The translations under genes were made by a program, and so were the position numbers. A DNA stretch of 64,000 nt from the NCBI RefSeq assembly GCF_018350175.1, contig NC_058368.1, positions 82,710,001-82,774,000 of the forward strand, written 5' to 3'. The notes under the pieces were generated by a model that worked only from the letters and a program-made list of their open reading frames with translations, had not been told where the DNA came from and searched no databases. This document shows positions 27,095 to 40,725 of the stretch, one piece after another. The DNA is from Felis catus (taxonomy: Eukaryota). Each line of letters begins with the position of its first letter. The first letter of the stretch is position 1.

Positions 27095-27590
27095 TCCAAG
27101 AATGTTCATAGCAACACTATTTATAATAGCCAAAAAGTAGAAACAACCCAAACATCCATCAGCTGATGAACAGGTAAGCAAGGTGGTAGAACCAGCCAAT
27201 GGAATATTATGCAACTATAAAAAGAATAGAGTTTGGATATGTGCTTCTTTGTGGGTAACCCTATAAGACATCAGACCCTGTGAAAGAGGGCAGATCCAAA
27301 GGGCATATACTGTATGATTTCATTTAGATGAAATGCCCAGAATATGAAAACCCAGAGAGATGCAAAGTGAGTTAGTGGCTGCCAGGGTCTGTGGGAGGGG
27401 AGGTGGGGAGCAGGAGCTAAGGGGCACGGTGGTTTTCTCTTGGTGGGGAAGGGTCGTAAAAGCTTCTAAGCTGGATTTGGTGATGACTGCACAGCTCTGA
27501 ACATAACAAAACCACTCATATATATAGCTTAAAAGGAATAATTGTATGGTACAACACTATAGCTCAATGAAGCTGTTATGTTAAAAAAGG
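27095..27590 (+). mobile_element. old L1M 3'UTR fragment
   Basis: aagaatgttcatagca...aaacaacccaaa...tgtatgatttcattta...ctcaatgaagctgtt. Confidence 0.8.
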
Positions 27591-30500
27591 ATTATATGAT
27601 TGATTCTAAATGAAAAGAATTGTCAGTGAATTGAAATACCCCATTTCCCTTGCATTCGAGTGAATAGATATTTTAGTGCCCTTCCCTAGGGAAAGTGTTT
27701 CTGATATGTAATTCTGGTCCAGCAGGAACTGAAACTGGGATTTAGCAAGGCCACATCCAAGCCCAAGCCCCAACAGCAAAGGAGGAGGGGAAGACTCAAA
27801 ACGCAAAGTGGGAAAAGAAGGCAAATCTGAGCGGTGTGGTGAGAGAAACTTCGAGGCAGCCACGGGCTCCCTGAAGCCACAACATTGCTGGTCCTCGGGG
27901 TGCCGGCTCGGGAGGTCGGCCAGGCCCTCCTCACCGATATCACATGGAGGACAGCTGCACGTGTGCATAAGACAGCACTCCAGAACTGCGTGTGTTTACA
28001 CAGTGTGCCTGACAGGCTGATGCAACAGAACTATTCTTTGTGCTTCCGGGCTGATAACTAGAAACCAGTTATGCAGAGAAGTAATACTGGGAGCTAAAGG
28101 GCTTTGAATTAGATTTTTTCTCTGGCCTCTAACACTTAACTCTGTCACCATATTTGTGCCGTTGTGTATTTGTTTATAATTCTCAAGTGGATTGTGTAAT
28201 TCCCCTTAAAAACCTGTGATTGTTAGTTTAACAAATATCTAAATAAATCAGTTTAAAACTCCTCGATGTGAAAAAACTAGCCCTGATTCCAGAACACATA
28301 ATGTGGAGATGTGAAAGGAATCAGTGGGCCTTGGTCAGATGGATGGAGTGTGGCAGGTGCCTTGGAGACGGCTCACTTTATCCGTCACGTCCAGGCAGGA
28401 CCATGCTCACGCTGTTCCGCAGCAGAGAACGTCTATCCTGTACCAGCACCTGAAACAAATGATTGAAAGCCTCATACACACTTTCATTCATTCATTCAAC
28501 AAACTAAATCTAAAATTGAATTTGGTGATGATCGCACAACTCTGAAAATACCACAACCACTCAAGATACACTTTAAAAGGGTGCTTTTATTGTATGAAAT
28601 TATGTCCCAATGAAACTGCTGTGTTTAAAAAGATAATCTGATTAATTTTAGACTGAGTGGATGTGCTGGGCACTGAGTAGACCTGGGGTTCAAGATGAGG
28701 AAGACAGACGTGGATTCTGCCTCAGAGAGCCGGACCCCTCGGTGATGTCACAGGACGTAATCACTCTTCACCATATTCAACTCATACTATAAATTGAGGT
28801 TGAGTTCTCCACTAAAAAAAGAGAGAGAGAGAGGGAGAAAGGAGCTAATTTCATTCCTTTATGCATAAACCCTTTAAAGCATACTTGTAGATCAATAGTG
28901 AGTCTGGTTTCAGGTTTCTGTGTCTAAACAGAATCACCCCAGGTCCTTCACTGCTCCTTGCAGGCAGGGCCTTTAGTCAGTGGCGTTTAAAATCACCGAC
29001 CTGGAGTCAGACAGCCCTGGATGTGAATTTCGACTCTTTTCATTTGCTGCGTGGCTTTGAGCAGATTACTCAATGTCTGAATCCATGGAGCAAGGTAGTG
29101 CTAGAAGCCAGCTCACGGCTGCACATTAGGCCTTGTGTGCGAGGTAGGTGTGGGCTTCAGAATCCCTCCCTTTCCTATCATGAAACCTCAAACTGGGCAC
29201 AATGCTGTGTCGCGTCTAGTGCTAAATTTGATAGGAAAATGGTCTCTTGGTAATGATAGTATACCTGATCTACAAGCCTTCCTGTTTGCATCTTCTGTAC
29301 AGTCATTGTTTTCATGCCTCGGTCCTCTTCCCAGTGACTACATTATTCCCAGAGTTGTGTTTAGTGTGTCTCTGCAGCCCTGCCCTGAAAAACCCCCATG
29401 CAGTGAAATTTAAACAATCTACCACAGAATTGCAAATGTCGCTATTTGGACATGACGACATTGGTCTATTTCTCTGCCCGCCACTCCCAGAGAACCTCAG
29501 TCTGTGAAGACTGCCAGGTGACTCCACATGGGCAAGAAGCAGCTCTCTTCAAAAACAGCAGGGACCTTCTCATTCCAGGAAGGCTCAGAGAGTCTTTAGT
29601 GGGCGAATGGGTCTTACTTCACACACGCCTCTCAGAGTGAAAACTGGCTATGCAGGAGCTCTGATTTTGAAATTAACTTGAAAAAATAAGGTACCAGGTG
29701 TGTTTTTAGGTGAAGAGATGAGTTTGTCCCATAATACACTGTGTCAAATCAGTTTAAATATGTAGAACTTTCAAATGTTTTAAAATCACCATAAATATAA
29801 AGAATGGGAATAATGATGGGTTGGGGAAGATGAGGGGGAGCAGGAGGACAGCAGGAGAACAGCAGGAGGGACAGCAGGAGGAGAGGAGGTGCCCTCTGTG
29901 CAGGGTGGGCTCTGGGTGAGGCAAAGAGAGGCCTTGTGTAGGGTGGAGGATTGATCCCTGGGCCCCTCCTCTGTAACACCCAAGCCTCCAGGGACAGCCG
30001 CACAATGCAGTGGCCATTCTCTTTTTTCAAAGACAGTGACACATGGGCCTGCCAGAAACTCTGAAGTCTATTTTGGGACCAGAGTAAAGTTTTTATGTAA
30101 CTCATAAGTAGATTAGGGATAACCACAAATAGTACTGACCCTCAAGACAGTGACTGAAACAGAAAGCATAATAGTGGTTATTAACCTGCCCCCCCACCCC
30201 ACCCCATTGATTCTCAGGCTGTATTATCTGGACCTCATGACAAATGTCATTAACCTGACCAATCTCCTGTCCAGCCAGTAACTTGCACAGATATGAAGTC
30301 CCAGGCCAGCTATGGCCCCTTACAACGCTTTGAGGAAACCAGTGGATATGTGGAGAAGTGGCGGTCGCTAGTGGCGGTCCCTGGAACTGCGGTTCCAGCT
30401 CCTGAGTGGAAATGCGGGAGGGGCGGTAGGCTCCAACCACAGAGGGTCTGCCGGTTCAGAGCTTCTCTCTTTCTGCAAGTGTGGTGATGCTGATGCTCAT

Positions 30501-31345
30501 TTTCCCAAGCCTTAAACCCTGCTCTCCAGCAGGATTACTGTCCCTGAGCAATAGACAGTAATACCCAGTAAAGTTCCCGTAAAGTCCTGTGGGCATGAAT
30601 TACCTTAACTCCCACTGACACAGGTATGTGACGTGACCCCCAATCGCGTCTCTAACTTTGATCGACTGAATAAAGTAATTAATAAACCAACAGTACTCCA
30701 TAACAGAAGTACGCTCAAACTACCATACCACATACACTCGACTGTTAGAGCCTGGCAAAATGAAGAAGTAATCAATTTCCCTGTGCTCAGGTGAACACAC
30801 ACGGTCACAGAAGCAAACAGTCACCAGTACTTTAAAGATTCCGAAGTGATCATTTACCCTAAACTGTTTCCCCTAGAACTTGCATTTGCCCTAAAACCCC
30901 ACACTTAGAGTCACTAATGGAGGAAACAGCAGAAGTCATTGTTGCCCTGACATCCGAGTTTTAGCGGTGGCTTTGTGCCGATCGGCTCTGTGACCTTGCG
31001 CAGGTTAAGTTATCCTGGCAGGGTCCCATTTTCCATCAGAGTAGGTATTACAAAGCTGTACATTTATAAACTATCATAAAACCTCAATTTATATTAACAA
31101 ACAGTATTTATCTATGCGGAGGTTAATTCAAAAGACAATTGTTAACCAAGATTTTGTTTTCTCCTCAGGAGCCTTGGTAAACTGTTATTAAAGAGAACCT
31201 TCCAGGGCCCTGGTGTCTGGGCAACCATTGCCCAGCTCTCCTGGAGATGCTTAACAGACCATGAGAGCCTGACTGGGTCACTGACTGGTGTCTAAGTAGG
31301 TGTTTGGTGCAGCCACTTAGCAAGCCTGCAGGACGAAGGAAAATC

Positions 31346-31960
31346 TGTTATCAGTAGGAGAGTCTGTGTTGTGTGAATGGAGAACTCTGTTCTTGGATTC
31401 CCCAGGAAAGATTTACATGAGGATCTGCATTCAAATAGAGACAGCCAGGAGCAAGATAGCAAGCACAAAGCAGTTTATTAAGGATGTAGCTCTGCAGGTG
31501 GGGAGGGGCAAGCCCAGAGGTGGCAACTGCTCTGGGTCAGGCTGTCTTTTCTTCTCCTGTTTGTGTAGGTTGTGGGTCACAGCTGGGTGTGTCCTACTGA
31601 GGTGGTTTCCAGTCCTCTAAGGGACTCCTCCTATTGGCTGGGAGGCAGTTTTTGGCCCTACTAGATTCTTGTGGATTGTCAGGACCATCTTCCCCCAGGG
31701 GGTTGGGTGGAACCCACAATGTAGCAGTATTATAATGAAGCTATAGGTGATGCTGGGTCACAGTTTGAGGAGGAGATGGTTTGTTCGGGCACCTGTGATT
31801 CTTGGTCTGTCAGCCCTGGGTGCTGGAAGCTGTCAGGCCAGGAGGTTAAAACCCATGAAGTCAGGATGTTGTGCCCTCGGGCTTCTAATGTGTCACCTAC
31901 TTATCACCGTCCTTGCCTCCAGCTCACATCTAACTAACCTAACTAACCGCCTGCTCTATA
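31346..31960 (-). mobile_element. probable solo LTR (~615 bp), family not identified
   Basis: TG...TA termini (CA decayed) flanked by a near-perfect 5-bp TSD aaatc / aaacc; tttatt (AATAAA on - strand) near 31474. Confidence 0.65.
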
Positions 31961-32151
31961 AAACCCACAGTAAATGGAGAGTTGATATTTGGTTAATTCC
32001 AAATTTACACAATTGTCATGTAAAGTGGCAACAGAGATGTTTGAAATCATTGACTTTTGAATAATTACTTATGCCCTTCCAAAGCCTCAATATTTCTCCA
32101 ATGTCAGCCAACAAGGGTCTACCAATTCTCAAATTACTGTCCTGACTGTAT

Positions 32152-32173
32152 TTCTTTTTTTTTTAATGTTTAT

Positions 32174-32210
<37 letters not shown>

Positions 32211-32369
32211 GTGAGTGGGGGAGGGGCAGAGAGAGAGGGAAACCACGGAATCCGAAGCAGGCTCCAGGCTCTGAGCTGTCAGCACAGAGCCCTATGTGGG
32301 GCTCGAACTCACGAGCCATGTCCTGAGCCAAAGTCGGACGCTTAACCGGCTGAGCCACCCAGGCACCCC
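32152..32369 (-). mobile_element. Can-SINE
   Basis: reverse-complement SINE with (GA)n; TSD tgactgtattt / tgtctgtattt. Confidence 0.94.
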
Positions 32370-33273
32370 CTGTCTGTATTTTATGGACAGTTTAAGGAAA
32401 GAATTGTAAAACAGAGATTAATGTATATACAATTTCATAAAATTCAGTATTGCATAAAAATAACAATGTACAGTTGTTCCCCAGTATTTGTCTGACTTCA
32501 GACTAGTTACACATCAGAAAAAATCTTGGGTTAGGTTTAGAACCCCTTGATTGAAAATTTGTTATCTAATATAATTTGTGACTTGATTGGTGATCTCAGT
32601 GTCCTGTTCTCTTTCTTTACATGATTCTTCATTGTCCCATTTTGAAGGCAGTGGGAATTATTCTTGTAAAAGAGCGGGCAATTTGAGGGTTAGTCATCCT
32701 TCCCACGGCCCCATGTCACTCTGCTTGCTTTTGCAAACAGTCTATAGCTGTCCCTTGGCCTTTACCACCCCCTCAGACACTGAGCAGTGATTGGTGCATT
32801 TAGGTCATGGGCATAGGTGCAAGGGAGAAAGTGGAAGAAAGATTGTGCCTAACACACACACATGCCATCCTGGTCGTACATCTTTTTCAATTGCTGCCAC
32901 CTAAAATAATGCACCTCTCCCTGCATGTGGTGAGTCCGATAAGCATCATGGGCACTGACTACCATTTAACCTCATGTACTTGCTTAGAACTGTGAAGATG
33001 AATGTGGTGGTTACAAAGTGCACAGGTGTCCATCTGATGAAACATGAAAGGCAGAGAAAGCAAATTCAAATTCTGATGAAGCTGTTATTATGGAAATAAA
33101 AATGTGTCACTCCTTCTGTGGTAGGATACCAGTGTAGCCAACCTGCCATGCAGCAGCTGGCTGGGCCTTGGTACCCCAGGGCCCATGAGGGCTCACAACT
33201 GCATGCCTGGTGACTAAGCAGTGGAGCATCTGAGGTGAGGGAAAGCCTTGCATCTTCTTACTGTAACTGTGGC

Positions 33274-33296
33274 AGAAGAGGAAGAAGAAGGAGGAG

Positions 33297-33329
<33 letters not shown>

Positions 33330-33419
33330 AAGAAGAAGAAGAAGAAGAAGAAGAAGAAGAAGAAGAAGAGGGAGGGGGAGGAGAGAAGTGGGAGGTGAGG
33401 AGGGGGAGGAGGAGGAAGG
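33274..33419. repeat. compound (GAG)n/(GAA)13 polypurine tract
   Basis: 115 consecutive purines at 33274-33388; (GAA)13 at 33329-33367. Confidence 0.97.
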
Positions 33420-33825
33420 TGTGTGATCCTGGCTAGCTGACAAGTGGGCCAACTGGCCAGGCTGAGGCTGGCCTGGAGTTGCTGTGCAAATAACAAGCCA
33501 CCCTCCCAAGGGCAGGTAGGGAGCAGGTGTTAGTATGTTAGGTTTTAACATATGAATTTTGGTGGAGGAACACAGACCTCCAGTCTGTAGCAGACACCTA
33601 GTTTATGCTTGTGCTTTTTCTCCACCTATGCCCACTGCTACATCATCATCACTGATCTGATCATCATGCTTCTTAGGTTAGACCTTCTTCCACCATTATG
33701 TTTCCCCTACCACGCTTACTAACTTGGTAAGCTAATATGGCTTATAAATATTGCTAGCAAGAATGTTTGAAATGAGAAATTATATTAACTAGAACATTTT
33801 GGGACTCATTAATAGAAATGTTACC

Positions 33826-34072
33826 GAGTCGCCTGGGTGGCTCAGTCGGTTAAGCATCCAACTTCAGCTCGGGTCATGATCTCATGGTTTGTGAGTTCAA
33901 ACACTGCATTGAGCTCTGTGCTGACAGCTCAGAGCATGGAGCCTGCTTCAGATTCTGTGTCTCCCTCTCTCTCCCTGCCCCTCCCCCGCTCATGCTCTGT
34001 CTCTCTCTGCCTCTCAAAAATGAAGAAATGTAATAAAAAATTTTTTTAAATAAATAAATAAACATTTAAAAA
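33826..34072 (+). mobile_element. Can-SINE
   Basis: TSD aatagaaat(g/t)ttacc. Confidence 0.93.
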
Positions 34073-34404
34073 AATAGAAATTTTACCATAGTGAGGACAC
34101 TGCCTGCCCCTCCAGGGGACTGCTGTGCAAGCACAGGATTCAGAGTGAGCCAGCCCCCTCCACGTGAGGTGCACCCAATCCCTGAGGCTCAGACCCCATC
34201 CTCCACTGATGCACCCACGACACAGGAACGTGTGAAATGATTAACATGCTGCATGGAAGATACTTGGAAAATGGAGATGTCTCATACAGATATTGGTTAT
34301 TACTTAAATATCCTCAGGACTTTGAAACGAAATGTCCATGGTTGAGATTCTTCAGACAGTCAAATGCCTCACCAATCCTCTTGGTTTAAATGCAGTGAAG
34401 TGGA

Positions 34405-34555
34405 GGGGCACCTGGGTAGCTCAGTCGGTTGAGTGACTCTTGGTTTCTGCTCAGGCCATGGTCTCATGCTTTGTGGGATTGGGCCACACTGTCAGGCTCA
34501 AGTGCAGAGCTGGCTTGAGATTCTCTCTCTCAAAATAAATAAACCTAAAAAAAAA
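34405..34555 (+). mobile_element. short/older Can-SINE
   Basis: TSD aaatgcagtg(a/g)agtgga. Confidence 0.88.
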
Positions 34556-35718
34556 ATGCAGTGGAGTGGATTCCATAGCTGTTGTCAAGAGCAGGAAAGA
34601 ACAAGATGGAAAAAGTGATAAGCTGTACTTTCAAGGTATGTATTTACTCAATGAAGTCCCTTTGCAGCAAAATGTGTGTGTGGGAGAGCCTGGCTGTGCA
34701 GAATGGGGTAGCATGTGTGCACTTCAACACATCTGGGAAACATCAACATGATTTAGTTACTAAGGGCCTGTAATCCAAACTGAATTCAGTGTTTTTTTTT
34801 TGTCTTTTTTTAAATGAGTTTAGAGAGAAAATTTTAGACTATATTTGTGATTTTGCTAATCATTCATCTCAAATACATAACTTTAACCAGGACATATATA
34901 TTAATAAAAATATTCAATAAAGACTCTAAACATGAAGTCAGGAAGGACAAGTTGCCTGGCCAGCCTTACCAGGCCTATCTGAGGTTCCAAAAAATGTGTT
35001 CGGTGACCTGGTTACTGCCTTTCAGCTGTCACATAGAGCTGAATAGGCACAAAGGTAAGTGAGAACAGACTTCAAATGGCACTGGATCAGACCATCCAGT
35101 TTGGGGATGGACCTGAGAGATGGCTAAGAGAGATTTCCATGCTGCAAGTTTCTATCCCTCAGACTTGCTAGCAAGGCTGCTACTAATAAATGGCATTAAA
35201 ATATAATGTAACATAGTGTGATACAATATACACTGATATACATATATATTTTAATTACAATATGTTCAGCGTGATTCTAAGCACCTTACATAAAGTATTT
35301 CATTGAGTCTTTACATGCATCAATCATACGAAGTGTGAACTGTTATCATCCCATTTTATAAACGAGGAACTTGATGCACAGAGAGCTTGAGGAACTTGTC
35401 CAAGATATGAACCAAGGGAGTCTAACTCCAAAGGCCCTTGTTCTCCAAACAGCACACTGTTGCCTCCCCATGGTGTGGCCTTGCCAGATGGTTCTGAGGG
35501 TTTTTTTTTCATTTTCATATTTTATCGTAGTTTGGTATGGACATGAAAATTGTTTTATGTCCTTTGACAAAGTAAAAATGACCACTAGTTACACACTTTA
35601 TATAATATAGTAAATTCTTAGTTTTGGCACTGAAATTCTCACATCACAGGCAAATTGGGATGGTGGTTACCTTATAACTTGTGTGCTCAGCACAGTGCAG
35701 TTAGAAATTGTGGGATTA

Positions 35719-35921
35719 GGGGTGCCTGAGGGCTCGGTCGGTTGAGTGCCCGGCTTCAGCTCAGTCATGATCTCACAGTCAGTGAGTTTGAGCCCCACAT
35801 TGGGCTCTGCGCTGACAGCTCAGAGACTGGAGCCTGTTTCAGATTCTGTGTCTCCCTCTCTCTCTGCCCCTCCCCCCCTCACGCTCTGTTCTCTCTGTCT
35901 CTCAAAAATGAATAAATGTTA
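35719..35921 (+). mobile_element. Can-SINE whose tail is split by an L1 insertion (tail resumes 40217-40240)
   Basis: Outer TSD aa(a/g)ttgtgggatta at 35705-35718 and 40240-40253. Confidence 0.93.
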
Positions 35922-38900
35922 TTCTTTATCCAGCAAGGCTGTCATTCAAAATAAAAGGAGAGATAAAAAGTTTCCCAGATGAACAAAAATTAAAGGAGTT
36001 TGTGACCACTAAACCAGCCCTGCAAGAAATTTTAAGGGGGACTCTCTGAGGGGAGAAAAGATGAAAAAATATATATAAAAATAAATAAATACCAAAAGCA
36101 ACAAAAGATTAGAAAGGACCAGAGAACACCACCAGAAACTCCAGCTCTACAAGCATCATAATGACAATAAATTCACATCTTTCAGTACTCACTCTAAATG
36201 TCAGTGGACTCAATGCTCCAATCAAAAGACATAGGGTAACAGAATGGATAAGAAAACAAGATCCATCTATATGCTGCTTACAAGAGATCCACTTTAGACC
36301 TAAAGACACCTTCATTGAAAATAAGGGGATGGAGAACCATCTATCATGCTAATAGTCAACAAAAGAAAGCCGGAGTAGCCACACTTACATCAGACAATCT
36401 AGACTTTAAAATAAAGACTGTATCAAGAGATGCAGAAGGGCATTCTATCATAATCAAGGGGTCTATCCACCAAGAAGACCTAACAATCGTAAACATTTAT
36501 GCTCTAAATGTGAAACCCCCCAAATATATAAATCAACTAATCACAAACATAAACTCATCAATAGTAATACCATAATAGGAGGGGACTTCAACACCCACTT
36601 ATAGCAATGGACAGATCATCTAATCAGAAAAATCAACAAGGAAACAATGGCTTTGAATGACACACTGGACCAGATGGACTTAACAGATATATTCAGAACA
36701 CTTCATCCTAAAGCAGCAGAATATGCATTCTTCTTCAGTGCACATGGAACGTTCTCCAGGATAGACCATATACTGGGACACAAATCAGCCTTAAGTAAGT
36801 ACTAAAAGATTGAGATCATACTGTGCATATTTTCAGACCATAACGCTATGAAAGTCAAAATTAACCACAAGAAAAAGTTTGGAAAGGTAACAAATACTTG
36901 GAGACTGAAGAACATCCTACTAAAGAATGAATGGGCTAACCAAGCAGTTAAAGAGAAAATTAAAAAGTATATGGAAGTCAATGAAAATCATAACACCACA
37001 ACCCAAAACCTCTGGGACGCAGCAAAGGCAGTCATAAGAGGAAAGCATATAGCAATCCAAGCCTTCCTAAAGAAGGAAGAAAGATCTCAGATACACAACC
37101 TAACCTTACGCCTTAAGGAGCTGGAAAAAGAACAGCAAATAAAACCCAAAACCAGCAGAAGACAGGAAATAATAAAGATTAGAGCAGAAATTAATGCTAT
37201 CGAAACCAAAAAACAGTAGAACAGATCAATGAAACCAGAAGCTTGTTCTTTGAAAGACTTAACAAAATTGATAAACCACTAGCCACTTTGATCCAGAAGA
37301 AAAAGGAAAGGACCCAAATAAATAAAATCAAGAATAAAAGAGGAGAGATCACAACCAACAAGCAGAAATAAAAACAATAATAAGAGACTATTAGGAGCAA
37401 CTATATGCCAATAAAATGGGTAATCTGGGAGAAATGGACAAATTCCTAGAAACATATACACTACCAAAACTGAAAAAGGAAGAAATAGAAAATTTGAACA
37501 GACCCACAACCAGTAAAGAAATCGAATTAGTAACCAAAAATCTCCTCCCAAAAACCCAAGAGTCCGGGGCCAGATGGCTTTCCAGGGGAATTCTACCAAA
37601 CATTTAAGGAAGAGTTAACACCTATTCTCTTGAAGCTGTTCCAAAAAATAGAAATGGAAGGAAAACTTCCAAACTCTTTCTATGAAGCCAGCATTACCTT
37701 GATTCCAAAACCAGACAGAGACCTGACTGAAAAGGAGAACTATAGCCCAATTTCCCTGACGAACATGGATGCAAAAATCCTCAACAAGATATTAGCCAAT
37801 TGGCTCCAGCAATACATTAAAAAAATATTCACCATGACCAAGTGGGATTTATACCTGGGATGCAGGGCTGGTTCAATATCTGCAAAACAATTAATGTGAT
37901 TCATCTCATCAATAAAAGAAAGGACAAGAACCATATGATCCTCTCAATAGATGCAGAGAAAGCATTTGACAAAATACAGCATCCTTTCTTGATAAAAACC
38001 CTCAAGAAAGTAGGGATAAAAGGATCATACCTCGAGATCATAAAAGCCATATATGAACGACCCAACGCTAATATCATCCTCAATGGGGAAAAACTGAGAG
38101 CTTTCCCCCTAAAGTCAGAAACAAGACAGGGATGTCTGCTCTCACCACTGTTATTCAACATAGTGTTGGAAGTCTTAGCCACTGCAATCAGACAACACAA
38201 AGAAATAAAAGGCATCCAAATTGGCCAGGAGGAGGTCAAACTTTCACTCTTTGCAGATGACATGATACTCTATGTGGAAAACCCAAAAGATTCCACCAAA
38301 AAACTGCTAGAATTGATTCATGAATTCAGCAAAGTGGCAGGATCTAAAATCAATGCAGAGAAATTGGTTGCATTCCTATACACCAACAATGAAGCGACAG
38401 AAAGAAAATCAAGGAATCGATCCCATTTATAATTGCACAAAAAAACCATAAAATATCTAGGAATAAATCCAAGCAAAGATGTGAAAAATCTATGCACTGA
38501 AAACTATAGAAAGCTTATGAAAGAAGTTGAAGAAGACACACAAAAAAATGGAAAAATATTCCATGCTCCTGGGTAGAAAGAACAAATATTGTTAAAATGT
38601 CAATACTATCCAAACCAATCTACGTATTCAATGCAATCCCTATCAAAGTAACGCCAGCATTCTTCACAGAGCTAGAACAAATAATCCTAAAATTTTTATG
38701 GAACCAGAAAAGACCCTGAATAGCCAAAGCAATCGTGAAAAAGAAAACCAAAGCAGGAGGCATCATAATCCCAGACTTCAAGCTGTACTACAAGGCTGTA
38801 ATCATCAAGACCATATGGTACTGGCACAAGAACAGACACTCAGATAAGTGGAACAGAATAGAGAACCCAGAAATGGACCCACAAACGTATGGCCAACTAA

Positions 38901-40216
38901 TCTTTGACAAAGCAGGAAAGAATATCCAATGGAATAAAGACAGTCTCTTCAGCAAGTGGTGCTGGGAAAACTGGACAGCGACATGCAGAAGAACAAACCT
39001 GGGCCACTTTCTTACACCATACACAAAAATAAACTCAAAATGGATGAAAGACCTGAATGTAAGACAGGAAACCATCAAAATCCTCGAGGAGAAAGCAGGC
39101 AAAAACCTCTTTGATCTTGCCCACAGCAACTTCTTACTCAACATGTCTCCAGAGGCAAGGGAAACAAAAGCAAAAATGAACTACTGGGACCTCATCAAAA
39201 TAAAAAGCTTCTGCACAGTGAAGGAAACAATCAGCAAAACTATAAGGCAACCAACAGAATGGGAGAAGATATTTGCAAATGACATACCAGATAAAGGGTT
39301 AGTATCCAAAATCTATAAAGAACTTATCAAACTCAACACCCAAAAACAAATAATCCAGTGAAGAAATGGGCCAAAGACATGAATACACACTTCTCCAAGG
39401 AAGACATCCAGGTGGCCAACTGACACATGAAAAAATGCTCAACATCACTCATCACAGGGAAATACAAATCAAAACCACAATGAGATACCATCTTACACCT
39501 GTCAGAATGGCTAACATTAACAACTCAGGCAACAACAGATGTTGGCAAGGATGTGGAGAAAGAGCATCTCTTTTGCATTGTTGGTGGCAATGCAAGCTGG
39601 TGCAGCCACTCTGGAAAACAATGTGGAGGTTCCTCAAAAAACTAAAAATATAACTACCCTACAACCCAGCAATTGCACTACTAGGCATTTATCCACGGGA
39701 TACAGGTGTGCTGTTTTGAAGGGACACATGCACCCCCATGTTTATAGCAGCACTGTCAACAATAGCCAAAGTATGGAAAGAGTCCAAATGCCCATCGATG
39801 GATGAATGGATAAAGAAGATGTGGTATATATATACAATGGAGTATTACTTGGCAATCAAAAAGAATGAAATCTTGCCATTTGCAACTATGTGGATGGAAC
39901 TGGAGGATATTATGCTAAGTGAAATTAGGCAGTCAGAGAAAGACAAAAATCATATGACTTCACTCGTATGAGGACTTTAAGAGACAAAACAGATGAACAC
40001 AAAGGAAGGGAAACAAAAATAATATAAAAACAGGGAGGGGGACAAGACAGAAAAGACTATAAATATGGAGAACAAACTGAGGGTTGCTGGAGGGGTTGTG
40101 GGAGGGGGAATGGGCTAAATGGGTAAGGGGCATTGGGAATCTACTCCTGAAATCATTGTTTCACTATATGCTAACTAATTTGGATGTAAATTTTAAAAAA
40201 TAAAAAATAAAATTAA
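35922..40216 (+). mobile_element. carnivore L1, 5'-truncated in ORF1 (ORF1 3' end, entire disrupted ORF2, 3'UTR, A tail)
   Basis: ORF2 starts MTINSHLSVLTLNV at 36161; EN, RT (LFADDMILY) and C-terminal motifs broken by frameshifts and stops; 18-bp TSD aaaaatgaataaa(t/c)gtta at 35904-35921 and 40217-40234. Confidence 0.97.
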
Positions 40217-40725
40217 AAAAATGAATAAACGTTAAAAAAAAGTTGTGGGATTAGTATCAGATATTATGATATTTAAGACTTTTCTACTTTGGGCAAGTGA
40301 ATTTTCATAACTTTCTTATGCTATTACCTGTTTATTCATATACATTTGTGTATTTATATTTTTCATATTATTACATCATGATAACACTTCCTCCACTGTG
40401 TTAGATTTGGGATTACATGAGATAATGTGTTTAAAACACAGGGAGTAGTACATTATACTAAATACTGCATCACCCAATAACAACTTAAAGAATGAATGGA
40501 TGAATGCAAATATTGAATCTTACCTTACTGGCTAGGTGTTGAATCCTAAACTAAGACGTGGTTTTCAGAGTTAAAAAGGTTCATAACCAAAAATGACTAT
40601 CAGTATATTTAGGAGCTTCCTTGATGGTCTCAGGAGTCTACTTAAATCCTATATAATCCTATAAACAATAATATATCATTTCTTTGGAATAGCTGCTGTA
40701 GGAAATAGATTCTTATCCCATGAGG

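Noticed and set aside
30600..30800. A/C-rich, CpG-containing stretch considered as a possible NUMT or foreign insert
   Set aside because: I could not recognise any mitochondrial or viral gene in it. A BLASTN search would be needed, and there is no support from the sequence alone.
33107..33551. Poly-R, poly-E, poly-F/S and poly-L ORFs
   Set aside because: Translations of the GAA/GAG simple repeat.
36161..39971. Reverse transcriptase / endonuclease ORFs as an active or novel RT system (also 59814-63436)
   Set aside because: Ordinary LINE-1 ORF2 fragments with multiple frameshifts and stops; not retrotransposition-competent.
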